A DNA stretch of 64,000 nt from Eledone cirrhosa (lineage: Eukaryota). Position 1 is the first letter of the stretch. Each line of letters begins with the position of its first letter. The DNA lies in contig OZ024741.1 in the NCBI GenBank assembly GCA_964016885.1, forward strand, positions 42,470,001-42,534,000, in the 5' to 3' direction. This document shows positions 13,301 to 25,902 of this stretch, piece after piece. The notes beneath the pieces were generated by a model. It searched no databases. It was not told where the DNA came from and was given only the letters and a program-made list of their open reading frames with translations. A program made the position numbers and the translations under genes.

Positions 13301-13593
13301 TATATATATATATATATTAGATGTCATAACTCCCAGGTCTGCTCTGGTTAAAAGTAGTAGTACCTGTTAGGGCCCCATTTATGGGTCAAATAACTACCTT
13401 ATTCGAGTGGCGCCGGTAAGGTATTGTCAGCCATTGAAAAAAAAAGGAAAGAAATATATATATCAACGCTTACGTGGACCCCTCAGGTTCGTTAGATTTT
13501 CAAATTGGCTGCTCACTCTGAAACTGGATCTACACTCAGACTTTACCTGAACTTTCACCTGGAAATCTTTTCGTATCACTGAATTATTTTCGT

Positions 13594-13772
13594 TGCAGTA
13601 TCAGTAGGGGGTCAGATGCTATGCTTTGACGCATAGAGTTACGGCCCTTGCCATTCGGAGTTCAAATTCCGCCGAGGTTAACTTTGCCTTTCATCCCTAT
13701 GAGGTCGATAAAATAAAGTACCAGTAATGCACTGGGTAATTGCTGGCCTTGTACCAAAATTAGAAACAATTA
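13594..13772 (+). mobile_element. tRNA-derived SINE
   Basis: B-box GAGTTCAAATTC, core CTTTGCCTTTCATCC..GTCGATAAAATAAAGTACCAGT, end AGAAACAATTAT. Confidence 0.85.
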
Positions 13773-14368
13773 TTTGACTATACCACGACTCGCTATCACA
13801 TTTCCTCTACTATACTCTTTTTAGTTCCACCTTCTCCATCTCACCCGTCTATTTCTCTCTCACCCCAGTACCCTCTCTGGTTTCCTCTCCCTCCTACGAC
13901 CCTCCATTATTCTCCCATTCTGCCCAGTCCGTCTCCACAATCTTTCTAATTTCTCGTTATTTCTTCTGATGAAGTAATGTTAAGAGCGTCGTCTTGCTAT
14001 TTCAAGCGTAAAACTAATATATTCCTTCTATAATACTGTACCGTTTGTGTTGTTACACAAACGGTACAGTATTATAGAAGGAATATATTAGTTTCACGCT
14101 TGAAATAGCAAGACGACGCTCTTAACATTTACCTTTTACACACACACTCACACACATATATATATATACACACACACATACATATACATATGTGAGTTTG
14201 CGCATATGACAATAAAAACAGTAAGCAGGTGTAGGTAGATAGTTTAATTCGTTATTTTTACGATCGTTTCAGAGGGTCGATTGATCGATGGAGATCGATA
14301 TATCGACTAACATGGTAGTGGTTGGGTTTCTAGTCTCAAAATCCATGTTTACTCGACCGTCCTCTCAG

Positions 14369-14547
14369 TGGATTGGCAGTATCGGTAGAGGGTCGGACGC
14401 CATGCTTTGCAGCAAAGAGTTACGTCCCTTTATGGTCTGAGTTCAAATCCCGCCGAGGTTAACTTTGCCTTTCGTCCTTACGGGGTCGATAAAATAAAGC
14501 ACCAGTAATACACTGGGATGATTGCTGGCCAAATATAGAAACAATTA
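14369..14547 (+). mobile_element. tRNA-derived SINE (mirror copy at 17252-17430, minus strand)
   Basis: A-box TGGCAGTATCGG, B-box GAGTTCAAATCC, conserved core. Confidence 0.88.
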
Positions 14548-14786
14548 TATAATATATATTATATACTATATTATATCATATATAATATATATTTATTACC
14601 CACTTTTCTCTTTCTCTTTCCCCTGTCACGCCCACTCTCTCTCTATATATATATCGACAGAGAGAGAAAGAGAGATAGAGAAAACCCGGAATGGATGAGA
14701 GAGAGATAAAGAGAGAATTCGTTGTTTATTGATTGAAATGATAAATAATTAAAATATATGATTGCTTAAATGGAAAAAAAAACATC

Positions 14787-14885
14787 GCTCGAACTCACAA
14801 CCTCTGCATATCTTCTTACATATGATTAACACAAAGAAGGTACTATCTATAAGTATGACGGACCAACCGATTGTGCCACTGGGGC
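14787..14885 (-). pseudogene. Degenerate tRNA-Ile(TAT) with intron
   Basis: Reverse complement GCCCCAGTGGCACAATCGGTTGG..TACTTATA..GAGGTTGTGAGTTCGAGC; 3' end lost. Confidence 0.7.
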
Positions 14886-16010
14886 AGTTAGCTTCTGGTT
14901 TTAAAAGTTAATGAACGACTGTTTAACAATATTTGTCCTTAATTACCAGTTGTGATGTTGCTATACGACTCATGTTTTCTGTTTAATTTTGGTTGGAGTT
15001 CGTTTATATTTGTTGCCTCTGTGATTTTTTTTTAGCATTGCATCTTTTCTGTGTGTGTGTGGATATAATTTTTATCTCTATGTTCTCTAATGATCTCCCA
15101 TGTTCTATTTTGGCCTGTTGGTGGAGTACTGATGAGGTTTTCCCATCCTGGAGTTCTCGCCAGTGTTCACTTATCCTTTCTCCTATGATACAGGCTGTTT
15201 CACCTATGTTACGTTCTTATTCCTACACTCTCCCTCAGTACATCTTATGCTATATACTACGTTCCTAGTTTTGCAGTTAGTATGCGGGATTAGCTTACAG
15301 ACTATGCATTTCCTATCAGTGCAGGGGGTTTTTGAAATGGTTATGTTTTATTAATTAGGGTTTTTATGAAAATACCTGGCCTCTCAACTATCTTAATATT
15401 TAATTTGAGCTTGTCTATGGCCTTTCTAAATCTGTAAACTAGATCGCCTCTATTGACGAACATTACACTCTGGTATTTATATCATACCATGTGTTGATTT
15501 TATTTGCTTTATTCCTAATCCTTTGTAAACTAACTGCAAAACTAGGAACGTAGTATATAGCCTAAGATGTACTGAGGGACAGTATATGTAACGAAAGAGC
15601 TTTGACAATATATAAACAACCATCCGGTTATCGAAACAAACCATATATATATATATAAAGATAGTGCTCAAGCGCAGAAATGCTATGCTTATAAAATATG
15701 GTCAAGACCCTTAAAAGACAGAAAAAGAAGAAGCCGTCAGCCGCTATGATGAATTGAACCCATATACCGGCTAGACGTTTTAACACTTAAGTTAAGGAGT
15801 CATAACATTATATATATATAACTTTGCCTTTCATCCTTACGGGGTCGATAAAATAAAGTACCAGTAATGTACTGGTTATTGCTGGCCTTGTGCCAATAGT
15901 AGAAACAATTATATATATATATATTGGAGAAATAATATATCTATTTATAGCTCTAGATAAAGTAATAAATAGTCGTTCATGTACTTGAATTTTACATTAA
16001 GCAGACAGCT

Positions 16011-16122
16011 GCCCCGGTGGCACAATCGGTTAGCGCGCCGTACTTATAGACAGTACCTTCTTTGTACTAATTACAAGCAGGAAGATATGCGGAGGTTGTG
16101 AGTTCGAGCCTCACCCAGGGCA
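16011..16122 (+). tRNA. tRNA-Ile(TAT) with 38-nt intron (16049-16086); two A-C stem mismatches, possibly a pseudogene
   Basis: Matches the eukaryotic Ile-TAT pattern: A-box TGGCACAATCGG, anticodon stem CCGTA/TGCGG, loop CT-TAT-A, intron after position 37, T-arm GTGAG-TTCGAGC-CTCAC, discriminator A, T6 Pol III terminator at 16128-16133. Confidence 0.82.
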
Positions 16123-16499
16123 GTAAGTTTTTTGGGGGCCATTTAAGCAGCCATATTTTCTGATTATTTGTAATTTAAATCAATAAACATATTGTCAAAG
16201 CTCTTTCGTTACATATACTGTCCCTCAGTACATCTTAGGCTATATACTACGTTCCTAGTTTTGCAGTTAGTTTACAAAGGATTAGGAATAAAGGAAATAA
16301 AATCAACACATGGTATGATATAAATACCAGAGTGTAATGTTCGTCAATAGAGGCGATCTAGTTTACAGATTTAGAAAGGCCATAGACAAGCTCAAATTAA
16401 ATATTAAGATAGTTGAGAGGCCAGGTATTTTCATAAAAACCCTAATTAATAAAACATAACCATTTCAAAAACCCCTGCACTGATAGGAAATGCATAGTC

Positions 16500-16810
16500 T
16501 GTAAGCTAATCCCGCAAACTAACTGCAAAACTAGGAACGTAGTATATAGCATAAGATGTACTGAGGGAGAGTGTAGGAATAAGAACGTAACATAGGTGAA
16601 ACAGCCTGTAGCATAGGAGAAAGGATAAGTGAACACTGGCGAGAACTCCAGGATGGGAAAACCTCATCAGTACTCCACCAACAGGCCAAAATAGAACATG
16701 GGAGATCATTAGAGAACATAGAGATAAAAATTATATCCACACACACACAGAAAAGATGCAATGCTAAAAAAAAATCACAGAGGCAACAAATATAAACGAA
16801 CTCCAACCAA
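16500..16810 (+). mobile_element. Penelope-like element GIY-YIG endonuclease fragment (mirror copy ~14990-15300, minus strand)
   Basis: Translates ..IGETACSIGERISEHWRELQDGKTSSVLHQQAKIEH.., homologous to the GIY-YIG segment at 25920-26330. Confidence 0.72.
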
Positions 16811-16913
16811 AATTAAACAGAAAACATGAGTCGTATAGCAACATCACAACTGGTAATTAAGGACAAATATTGTTAAACAGTCGTTCATTAACTTTTAAAA
16901 CCAGAAGCTAACT

Positions 16914-17012
16914 GCCTCAGTGGCACAATCGGTTGGTCCGTCATACTTATAGATAGTACCTTCTTTGTGTTAATCATATGCAGGAAGATATGCAGAGGTT
17001 GTGAGTTCGAGC
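16914..17012 (+). pseudogene. Degenerate tRNA-Ile(TAT) with intron
   Basis: Mirror of 14787-14885 in the palindrome arm. Confidence 0.7.
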
Positions 17013-18102
17013 GATGTTTTTTTTCCATTTAAGCAATCATATATTTTAATTATTTATCATTTCAATCAATAAACAACGAATTCTCTCTTTATCTCTCTCT
17101 CATCCATTCCGGGTTTTCTCTATCTCTCTTTCTCTCTCTGTCGATATATATATAGAGAGAGAGTGGGCGTGACAGGGGAAAGAGAAAGAGAAAAGTGGGT
17201 AATAAATATATATTATATATGATATAATATAGTATATAATATATATTATATAATTGTTTCTATATTTGGCCAGCAATCATCCCAGTGTATTACTGGTGCT
17301 TTATTTTATCGACCCCGTAAGGACGAAAGGCAAAGTTAACCTCGGCGGGATTTGAACTCAGACCATAAAGGGACGTAACTCTTTGCTGCAAAGCATGGCG
17401 TCCGACCCTCTACCGATACTGCCAATCCACTGAGAGGACGGTCGAGTAAACATGGATTTTGAGACTAGAAACCCAACCACTACCATGTTAGTCGATATAT
17501 CGATCTCCATCGATCAATCGACCCTCTGAAACGATCGTAAAAATAACGAATTAAACTATCTACCTACACCTGATTACTGTTTTTATTGTCATATGCGCAA
17601 ACTCACATATGTATATGTATGTGTGTGTGTATATATATATGTGTGTGAGTGTGTGTGTAAAAGGTAAATGTTAAGAGCGTCGTCTTGCTATTTCAAGCGT
17701 AAAACTAATATATTCCTTCTATAATACTGTACCGTTTGTGTTGTTACACAAACGGTACAGTATTATAGAAGGAATATATTAGTTTTACGCTTGAAATAGC
17801 AAGACGACGCTCTTAACATTACTTCATCAGAAGAAATAAAGAGAAATTAGAAAGATTGTGGAGACGGACTGGGCAGAATGGGAGAATAATGGAGGGTCGT
17901 AGGAGGGAGAGGAAACCAGAGAGGGTACTGGGGTGAGAGAGAAATAGACGGGTCAGATGGAGAAGGTGGAACTAATCTTATTAGCTATCGTCAGCAACGT
18001 ATACCTTCCTGCAGATGATTGAACATCTGAAAGTATATACTTTCCTTGTGCATAAGGAAAGTATATACTTAAAGACGTTTAATCATCTGGCAGGAAGGTA
18101 TA

Positions 18103-18143
18103 CGTTACTGACGATAGCTAATAAGATTGAAAGTAGTACAGCG
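18103..18143 (+). ncRNA. Type I hammerhead ribozyme, slightly degenerate
   Basis: CGTTA-CTGACGA-T-AGCT AATA AGAT-T-GAAA-GTAG-TA-CAGCG; paralog of the cleaner copy at 54895. Confidence 0.6.
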
Positions 18144-18347
18144 TTCCTTTGTCAGTGTTGAACAAATGAGCAACGGTGGTTGCTAGACACTGTACGGCTT
18201 AATTCGGGATGTTTGTTTACAAACACACCGAGCATTATAATAAATGTTCGGTGAACATTTATTATAATGTATATATGTGTGCATGTATGTATATATATAT
18301 ACATACTACTGTACGTCTGTATACATATATGTATGTATGTATATATA

Positions 18348-18427
<80 letters not shown>

Positions 18428-18507
18428 TTGCAAGGTTTTTGATATGAAATCGTGTGTCGAAACAAATATTGTTATACTTGGGGAGGGTCATATTGTTATA
18501 ATCTCTC

Positions 18508-18583
<76 letters not shown>

Positions 18584-18899
18584 TATATATATACACATAT
18601 ATAGTGCCCAAGCGCAGAAATACTATGCTTATAAAATATCGTCAAGACCCTTAAAAGACAGAAAAAAAGATGCCGTCACCCGCTATGAGGAATTGAACTC
18701 CATATACGAACTAGACGTTGTAACACTTAAGCTAAGGAGCCATAACATTATATATATATATTGAAGAAATATATAAATCTTTACACAAGTATATATATAT
18801 AACATACTATATTATATCATATAATATAATATGTATCTATTTATAGCTAAGTAATAAATAGTCGTTCATGTACTTGAACTTTACATTTAGCTGACAGCT

Positions 18900-19011
18900 G
18901 CCCCGGTGGCACAATCGGTTAGCATGCCGCACATATAGACAGCACCTTCCTTGTATTAATCACAAGTAGGAAGATATGCGGAGGTTGTGAGTTCGAACCT
19001 CACCCAGGGCA
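18900..19011 (+). pseudogene. tRNA-Ile(TAT)-derived copy with intron, mutated D-arm and anticodon loop
   Basis: Full-length paralog of 16011-16122 with the same flanks and T-run; AGCATGCCGCACATATA replaces AGCGCGCCGTACTTATA. Confidence 0.78.
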
Positions 19012-19229
19012 GTATGTTTTTTGGGGGCCATTTAAGGAGCCATATTTATTTATTATTTATAATTTAAATCAATAAACAATGAGTTCTCTGTATATCTCTG
19101 TCTCTCTCTTTAGATACATATTTCGTTTTTGAATTTGTTTTGCAAGATTTCTTATCTGAAAACATGTGTTGAAACATATATTGCTATATTTTGAGATGGT
19201 CATGCTGCCAATAAAAAAAATACACCTGT

Positions 19230-20570
19230 TAGTTTTCATATCAATTTACTATAAGCGCTTCAAAAAGCATAAAATATATATTCTCAGTGCTTCAAACAGC
19301 ATAACATTCGGCTCAGTACATTATTTGTTTACATACGAATGTCTGCCTAAATTGGCGTAAGTCGGAGCAACTTTTGTATCCATTGTAGTACCCGGTATTT
19401 GCTTGAAAGCCTTGACATTGAAATTTAAAAAATTATTTTGTAAATTGAACTTTAGTCCCTCTCTGATGAACCCTTATTTTCATACTTTCCGGGATCGGAT
19501 TAGGGAATTTTTCTAACCAGAATATAATTGCCTCTAATCCGTATTGGTATGATATGGTAGAGTAGAGGTTTACTACGTCAGTAATAGTGTCTCTGTTGAC
19601 ATGTTTAGGCAGGTGGTTTAACACGTCTAGGTTATCTCTTATAAGGCTTGGTATATGTTTGAGAATTGGTTTCAATAATCTATATATATAAAGTTGTAGT
19701 TCCTGTCTGATTGTTTGTTTGTTCAGGAACTCCTCCTATGGTTTTGGAGATAGACCCCCATAACCATATATATTCTGAAACTACATTGCCCAGGGTACTT
19801 GGATAAGTATATTTCATTTTAATCAAAGGGTTCCCCGGGACCACAAACGCCGCTGAATATGTTTTCCTTCGATTTATATGAAATTTAAACCATAGGTAAA
19901 TGACAAGATATGATGCCTATTCACAAAAGTTTTGAAAAAAATGATTTACAAGAAACAAAATAAGAATAAGATTTAATAATGTAATTTTGATTTGATATAT
20001 TACAAAAAATAATGTTTTCCAATTTTTCATGTATTACATTTTACATTGAGTAATATTGAAATGCAAAGTTTTTCTCCATAAATTATATCACTGATTTAAA
20101 ATCAATCATCATTTTCTTACAAAAAAAAAATGTGTGAAACGCAGCAAGGCGCGGATAATTCGGCTAGTATGTCTATAAAGTTACTGAATCTGTGTGTTTC
20201 ACAATTTTGACCCGCAACAATTGGTCTTCATTTATTTAGATTGAAGTGGAATCTTTCAAGTATCTTTAATCATTTTGATAGATTGATTATTTCTGATTTT
20301 TCATAATCGATTTTTACCACTGAGTGTTATGGTATTTATGTAACTGAACGCATTTTCTCTCTTGTATGGTATTTTATAATAATTTAGGATATTTTCTGGT
20401 GTGGTTTGTTGTTGTTCCTGTTTGGAATTGCTTTCCAGGTTGTAGTTCCTGTTTCTTTGTGAATGTCGAGGTCTACGGTTTCGGAAGAAATCCTGTCCCG
20501 AAACAGAAAGCACTTGGGTTTTTTAGAGGGGTATTTTGTTTTCTAAAAGTTCTGAAATTGTCACTATAGC
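19230..20570 (-). mobile_element. Decayed Penelope-like element RT, interrupted by a Helitron
   Basis: RPIVAGQNCETHRFSNFIDILLKPILKHIPSLIRD..DVVNLYSTI..GLEAIIFWL..KVAPTYANL. Confidence 0.75.
19679..20167 (+). mobile_element. Non-autonomous Helitron-like element (489 bp)
   Basis: 5' TCTATATATATAAA; subterminal hairpin CGC-AGCAAG-GCG; 3' CTAG; inserted between A and T with no TSD; removal restores the RT frame FIDILLKP. Confidence 0.85.
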
Positions 20571-21163
20571 TTTGATGGGAGTAGGTTTGACGTTTTGGTG
20601 ATGGTTTTGTTGGTTGTGTGTGGTTTGTGAATTTTAACTTTTTATCAGAAATGGGTTATCAGTATGGTGTTCGGTTTTGAATTCCCTTTTATAATGGCTG
20701 AATCAAACAGAATGTTTCCCATCTCTGAAGAGATATAAGTTCTTCATTTTTACGCACACACAGCTTCACCCTCATCAGTTCTCAAACCAATAAAATGGTT
20801 TCACACGAAGGGGAAGATGTGTATGTGTAAACTTATCTTCTACATCGCCTTCCTTTATTTCCTTCTTCCAGTTACTTCTATGCGCCTATAAATCTCTCCT
20901 TTGCCTCCACTTCTTTCAATTTCTTCTATATTCTATTTGCATCACCAACCTTGTGGATTGTCTCTTTCTTACAACTAGCCGCTGGTCTCTCTCCTGTAAG
21001 GCATTTTTGTCCATCACTGTCTTTGAGAGTATTTAGGCGTTTTAACTGCTGTTCTAGCGATGGCCGTTCTCATTTTTATATGTATTCAAATATACTCTCA
21101 CTTTTTGATCAGGAACAGACCATTGTTTTTTTTCATTTATATATATATATACACATGTGTGTG

Positions 21164-21263
<100 letters not shown>

Positions 21264-21326
21264 CGTATATATATACACATATATATATACATATATATGT
21301 ATATATATCTATGTATATATATATAT

Positions 21327-21391
21327 ATATTTGGATTACATTGAGTTCTTCATACGGATTGGACATTACCGTATATTTTGGTAGATTTATC

Positions 21392-21461
<70 letters not shown>

Positions 21462-23080
21462 GATAACTCTTCCAAAATATACGGTAGTGTCCAATCCGTA
21501 TGAAGAATTCAATGTAATCCAAATATCATGAAAAGAGAAGATGCATTCAAACATTTTCGATGAAAATCACACGAAAACAGAGTATAGATAAATTAAAAAC
21601 AATGAATGAAAACAAAGAACAAATTAAACACATCAAACCAACCATAATACTAAAATAAACCGTAACAAACCACCATCTCCTTCACCTATAACAAGTCGAG
21701 TAAATTCCACACCAAATTTGACTAACTCCCCTGATATAATATTCACGAATGGTTGTAACTGTAGAAACAAAAGAAATTGCCCATTAAAGAGAAATTGTCT
21801 TATTAATAACATAGTATATAAATGTAAAATTAGCACTAAGGACTCAACTTATTCATATATAGCAGCTACGTCTAACCAATTTAAAGTAAGAATTAATACC
21901 CACAAACATAGTTTTTAAAATGCCGCATTAGCTAATACAACATCCTTGGATGAAACGATTAATAATTATTGAAAAAAGAATATCGATTACAACCTGATCT
22001 GGAGCGCGCTCAAAAGGGCCACCCCTGATCAAAATAACAGATATGAGTGTAGATTATGCTCCCAGAAACTTTTGGAAATAATGAAATCTAAGGATATCCT
22101 GTTAAATAAGCGACAAGAATTAATTATATCTTGCAATCATAGAATTAGAAGAACTTTCAAATATTATAAACGTAATTAGTATACACCTTACACTTATATT
22201 TTACATATTATTATAATTAGTTTTTTTAATTTAGTTAACCTATAATTAGTACTTTACTACAGAGAACTTCATAAATTTATTTCCCTCTTACAGTTCTCTT
22301 TTCCTAAAATTAATACCTAAAAGTATACATATAAATTAATTTAATTTCCTGTTATGAATCTAGATTCCTTGTAGTCTATATAAGATTGGTATTTCTCACT
22401 ACTACACTTAACCCACAATTTTATTTTCCTTCGTTTTTTAACAACATTCTTTAATAACATCTAATTCTTATTTATCACATCCAATGAATTAATATAAATT
22501 TATCCCTATAAGTATACCTATCAATTAATTTACTTTCTTGTTATAGATCTAAATTCCTTGTATTTTAAATGAGATTGGTATTTCTCTCTAATAACTTTAC
22601 CCTAAAATTTTACTCTCCTTCGTTTTTAACATTATTCTTTAATAACATCAAATTTTCGTGTACCCTTCACCGGCTTGACCTCTTTTCATCCCCAAAGTAT
22701 TCTTTTCATTCAAAGTATTCTTTCCATTCAAAACATAAGTCTGAATTCCTCTACCCCTTAATTAAATTTCTACTACTACTATTCTATCAACTCTACCTCT
22801 TACTACTTTTCTATTGGTCAATACAAAACCTGTTCCCAAACAGACCTATTATATTAATCTTTGTTGGTTCTTTTCAATAAACAAATCTCATTATTTCTGA
22901 AGACAGCATATATATGTGAAGGTATGTATATTTCCTCTGATAGTTTGTAATATTTTTACATAGATCTATATGATATACATACCAACACACACATATATAT
23001 CCTAGAAACGATCGTAAAATGATGAATTTTTTAATGTAAGAAATTTGTTCTTTGTTTTTATTCATTGATTTTATTAATTT
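21327..23080 (+). mobile_element. Penelope-like element 3' portion: 5' fold-back, GIY-YIG remnant, 3' terminal repeat with hammerhead
   Basis: CNCRNKRNCPLKRNCLINNIVYKC..YIAATSNQFKVRINTH; 22270-23080 is repeated at 49245-50020. Confidence 0.78.
22888..23025 (+). ncRNA. Type I hammerhead ribozyme with extended stem II
   Basis: Stem I TCATTATTT/AAATGATGA; CTGAAGA; stem II ATATATATGTG/CACATATATAT; GAAA; palindromic stem III ACGATCGT; GUA cleavage triplet. Confidence 0.78.
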
Positions 23081-23614
23081 ATATATATATATAGACACAC
23101 GTATATATACATACATACATACATACATATTTATGATGATATGAATATATATATGTGTTTGTGTGTTTGTGAGAGAGGAGGAGAGAGACAGAAAATGGTA
23201 TAGATGGTTAGATATATATATATATATAGATAGATATATAGATATATAGATAAATAGATAGATAGTTTATAGGACAATGGAGGCAAAAAAAACAATTGTT
23301 GAGCATCAGAAAAACATAAAACCCAACGAATAAAGCGAAATTATAAAACCTAATATGAATAAGCCACACAAATGTTTAGTATTGGGAAGTTGAATGTCTT
23401 CTGAAAGATCAGAAAATTTACAGTATGAATAACGATGTGGTAATATTTGATGAGACGAAATGGATGTTATACTGAAAATAGAGAAACAATCAATCAAAAT
23501 GATTGCATTACATAAAGTAAATAGATAGTATATATCAATCATACGTACAGAAGTATTCTTTTCCTTCTCCTTCAAACACTTACTGTGGTTACCCCCGATT
23601 GAACCCGGGATACA

Positions 23615-23659
<45 letters not shown>

Positions 23660-23662
<3 letters not shown>

Positions 23663-24960
23663 GACCCTTCATTAATGTTTCTAAATTAGAAGAAGACATT
23701 ATCTTTCATGCTATAAAAACTCTACATTTTACTAATGAAAGTATTTGGGTTAAAAAGTCAAACCCTGAAAATCTTTTGATGTTGCAATGGGTTCATATGA
23801 CAGTGCGGATGTGTGTGACTAAGTAGGATTATTCCTTCTCCACACCCTTAAAGAGAAATTTCCTTCCCATAATATCGGTTTATACCGTGGCGACGGATTG
23901 GCAGTTTCTCATACCACCAACGGCCATAACCTTGATAAATTCCGTAAAGATTTAATCAATACTTTTGCTAATCTTAACCTTAAAATTACTATAGATACGA
24001 ACCTTACCAATGCTAACTTTCTGGACATTATCTTGATCAACTTACTGCCTCTTTTAAACCTTATCATAAACCTAACAAAAATCTTAGATATATACACAAA
24101 GAGTCTTGCCATCCCCCTATAATTTTTAAAAATCTTATTCCCAACATTAGCCGTAGGATTTCTACCTTATCTTCATCTCTAGACATTTTTAACAAAGCCG
24201 CCCCTTATTATAATAAAGCCCTTAATAACAGCGGATTTACAGAACACCTTAATTATTTACCTACTCCTCCCCCTAAAACTAACCACAATAATAGGAAAAT
24301 GAAAATTATTTCGTTTACACCCCCCTTCTCTCTAACTCAAAACTAATGTAAGAAGGAAATTCCTTGACCTCTTAGACAAATATTTTCCTCCTAATCATAG
24401 ATATTATAAGATATTTAATAGAAATGTAGTTAAAATCAGTTACTCTTGCTGCCCATCAATGAGGTCTAAAATCACCAATTCTAATCGTACGAGAATAAAT
24501 CCAGGATGCAGTTGCAGGAAGCCCATTACTGGGCATTCATGTAACACCAAATCCGTTGTATATGAGGCCAAAGTGACACCTTTAATTAAAAACCAGTCAG
24601 CCAGGAGTGAACGATATGTTGGCATGACTTAGGACAGGTTTAAAACCAGGTTTTATGCACATGTCGCTTCTTTTAAACACTCCGATAATAGAATAGCAAC
24701 GGCTCTCGCAAATAAGGTGTGGGAATTCAAGGATAAAAACATCCCGTACTCTATCGATTGGTCTATTTTAGACCATTCGAGGGAGTACCAAAGGGGCACA
24801 AAGAATTGTTCTTTGTCTACCACTGAAAAATTTAGGATTTTACAAAACTTGAAAGCCACTTCAACTTGCCTGAACTCCAAGACCGAAATCTTCAGATGTT
24901 GTCCTCACCTGAAATCACATCTGATCTGTAACTGGATTGACTCAACCACCTTGAACTTCT
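23660..24960 (+). mobile_element. Decayed Penelope-like element (RT C-terminal half + GIY-YIG)
   Basis: FDVAMGSYDSADVCD, GLYRGDGLAV (YRDD-like), ANFLDI, CSCRK..C..KSVVYEA..YVGMT..FKTRFYAH, YSIDWSIL. Confidence 0.82.
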
Positions 24961-25177
24961 TCTCTGCTCTCTACGCCTTTTTATTACTTTCTGAACTCAC
25001 TTTCTGTATTATTATATTCTTTTTCTCCCTTATCTCTCCGTATATTTAAACTTTTTCCTATGTCATTTATTTTCCTTATCCCCCACTACTTTCTATCTTA
25101 CCCTTTACATACCCACCTTTTGATTTTAGATATATATTTCTCTCTCTGTGTGTGTGTTGTGTATATGTGTATATATG

Positions 25178-25222
<45 letters not shown>

Positions 25223-25305
25223 ATGTATATGTATATATAATTATATATATCTGTATGTATATGTATGTGTGTATATAATTGTATTTTATATGTATCTGTT
25301 GTAAT

Positions 25306-25362
<57 letters not shown>

Positions 25363-25814
25363 TTATATGTGTGTATTTTTATTAATGTGGTGACGTAACT
25401 TTTTGTAGATATGTGTGTGTGTGTGTGTATGTGTATTTATATATATATATGTTTATGTGTGTATATATATATATAATAGCCTCAGAAACGGCTTGAGCTC
25501 AGCTGTCGGGGTCATACTTTTTCCTATATGTTTATATATATTTATATGTATGTATATATATGTATATATGTGTGTGTGCGCGTGTGTGTATATATATATG
25601 TATGTGTATGTATATGCATAATTACATACAGAGTGATTTAATGCTTATTTCCATTGATTATTTGCTCCAGGAACTTGTTGAGTGCTCTAAATCAGCTATA
25701 AACATTTATACCCTTATCTATTTATTTATTTATTTATTATTTGTCGTATTCCCAAATATTTGTTTACCCCTTTCACCTTTTTATTTTTATATATACATAA
25801 TATTTATGTATTTT

Positions 25815-25897
<83 letters not shown>

Positions 25898-25902
<5 letters not shown>

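Larger units (their letters stand above)
13821..17975. repeat. Large inverted repeat: arms 13821-15611 and 16189-17975 (~1.79 kb each), ~580-bp spacer
   Basis: Arms are reverse complements with only scattered substitutions; mirrored ORFs 14993-15268(+) and 16531-16806(-) differ by one residue. Confidence 0.95.

Noticed and set aside
20755-20790. CTGATGA on the minus strand as a hammerhead
   Set aside because: I could not build convincing stems II and III; the same applies to CTGATGA at ~47017
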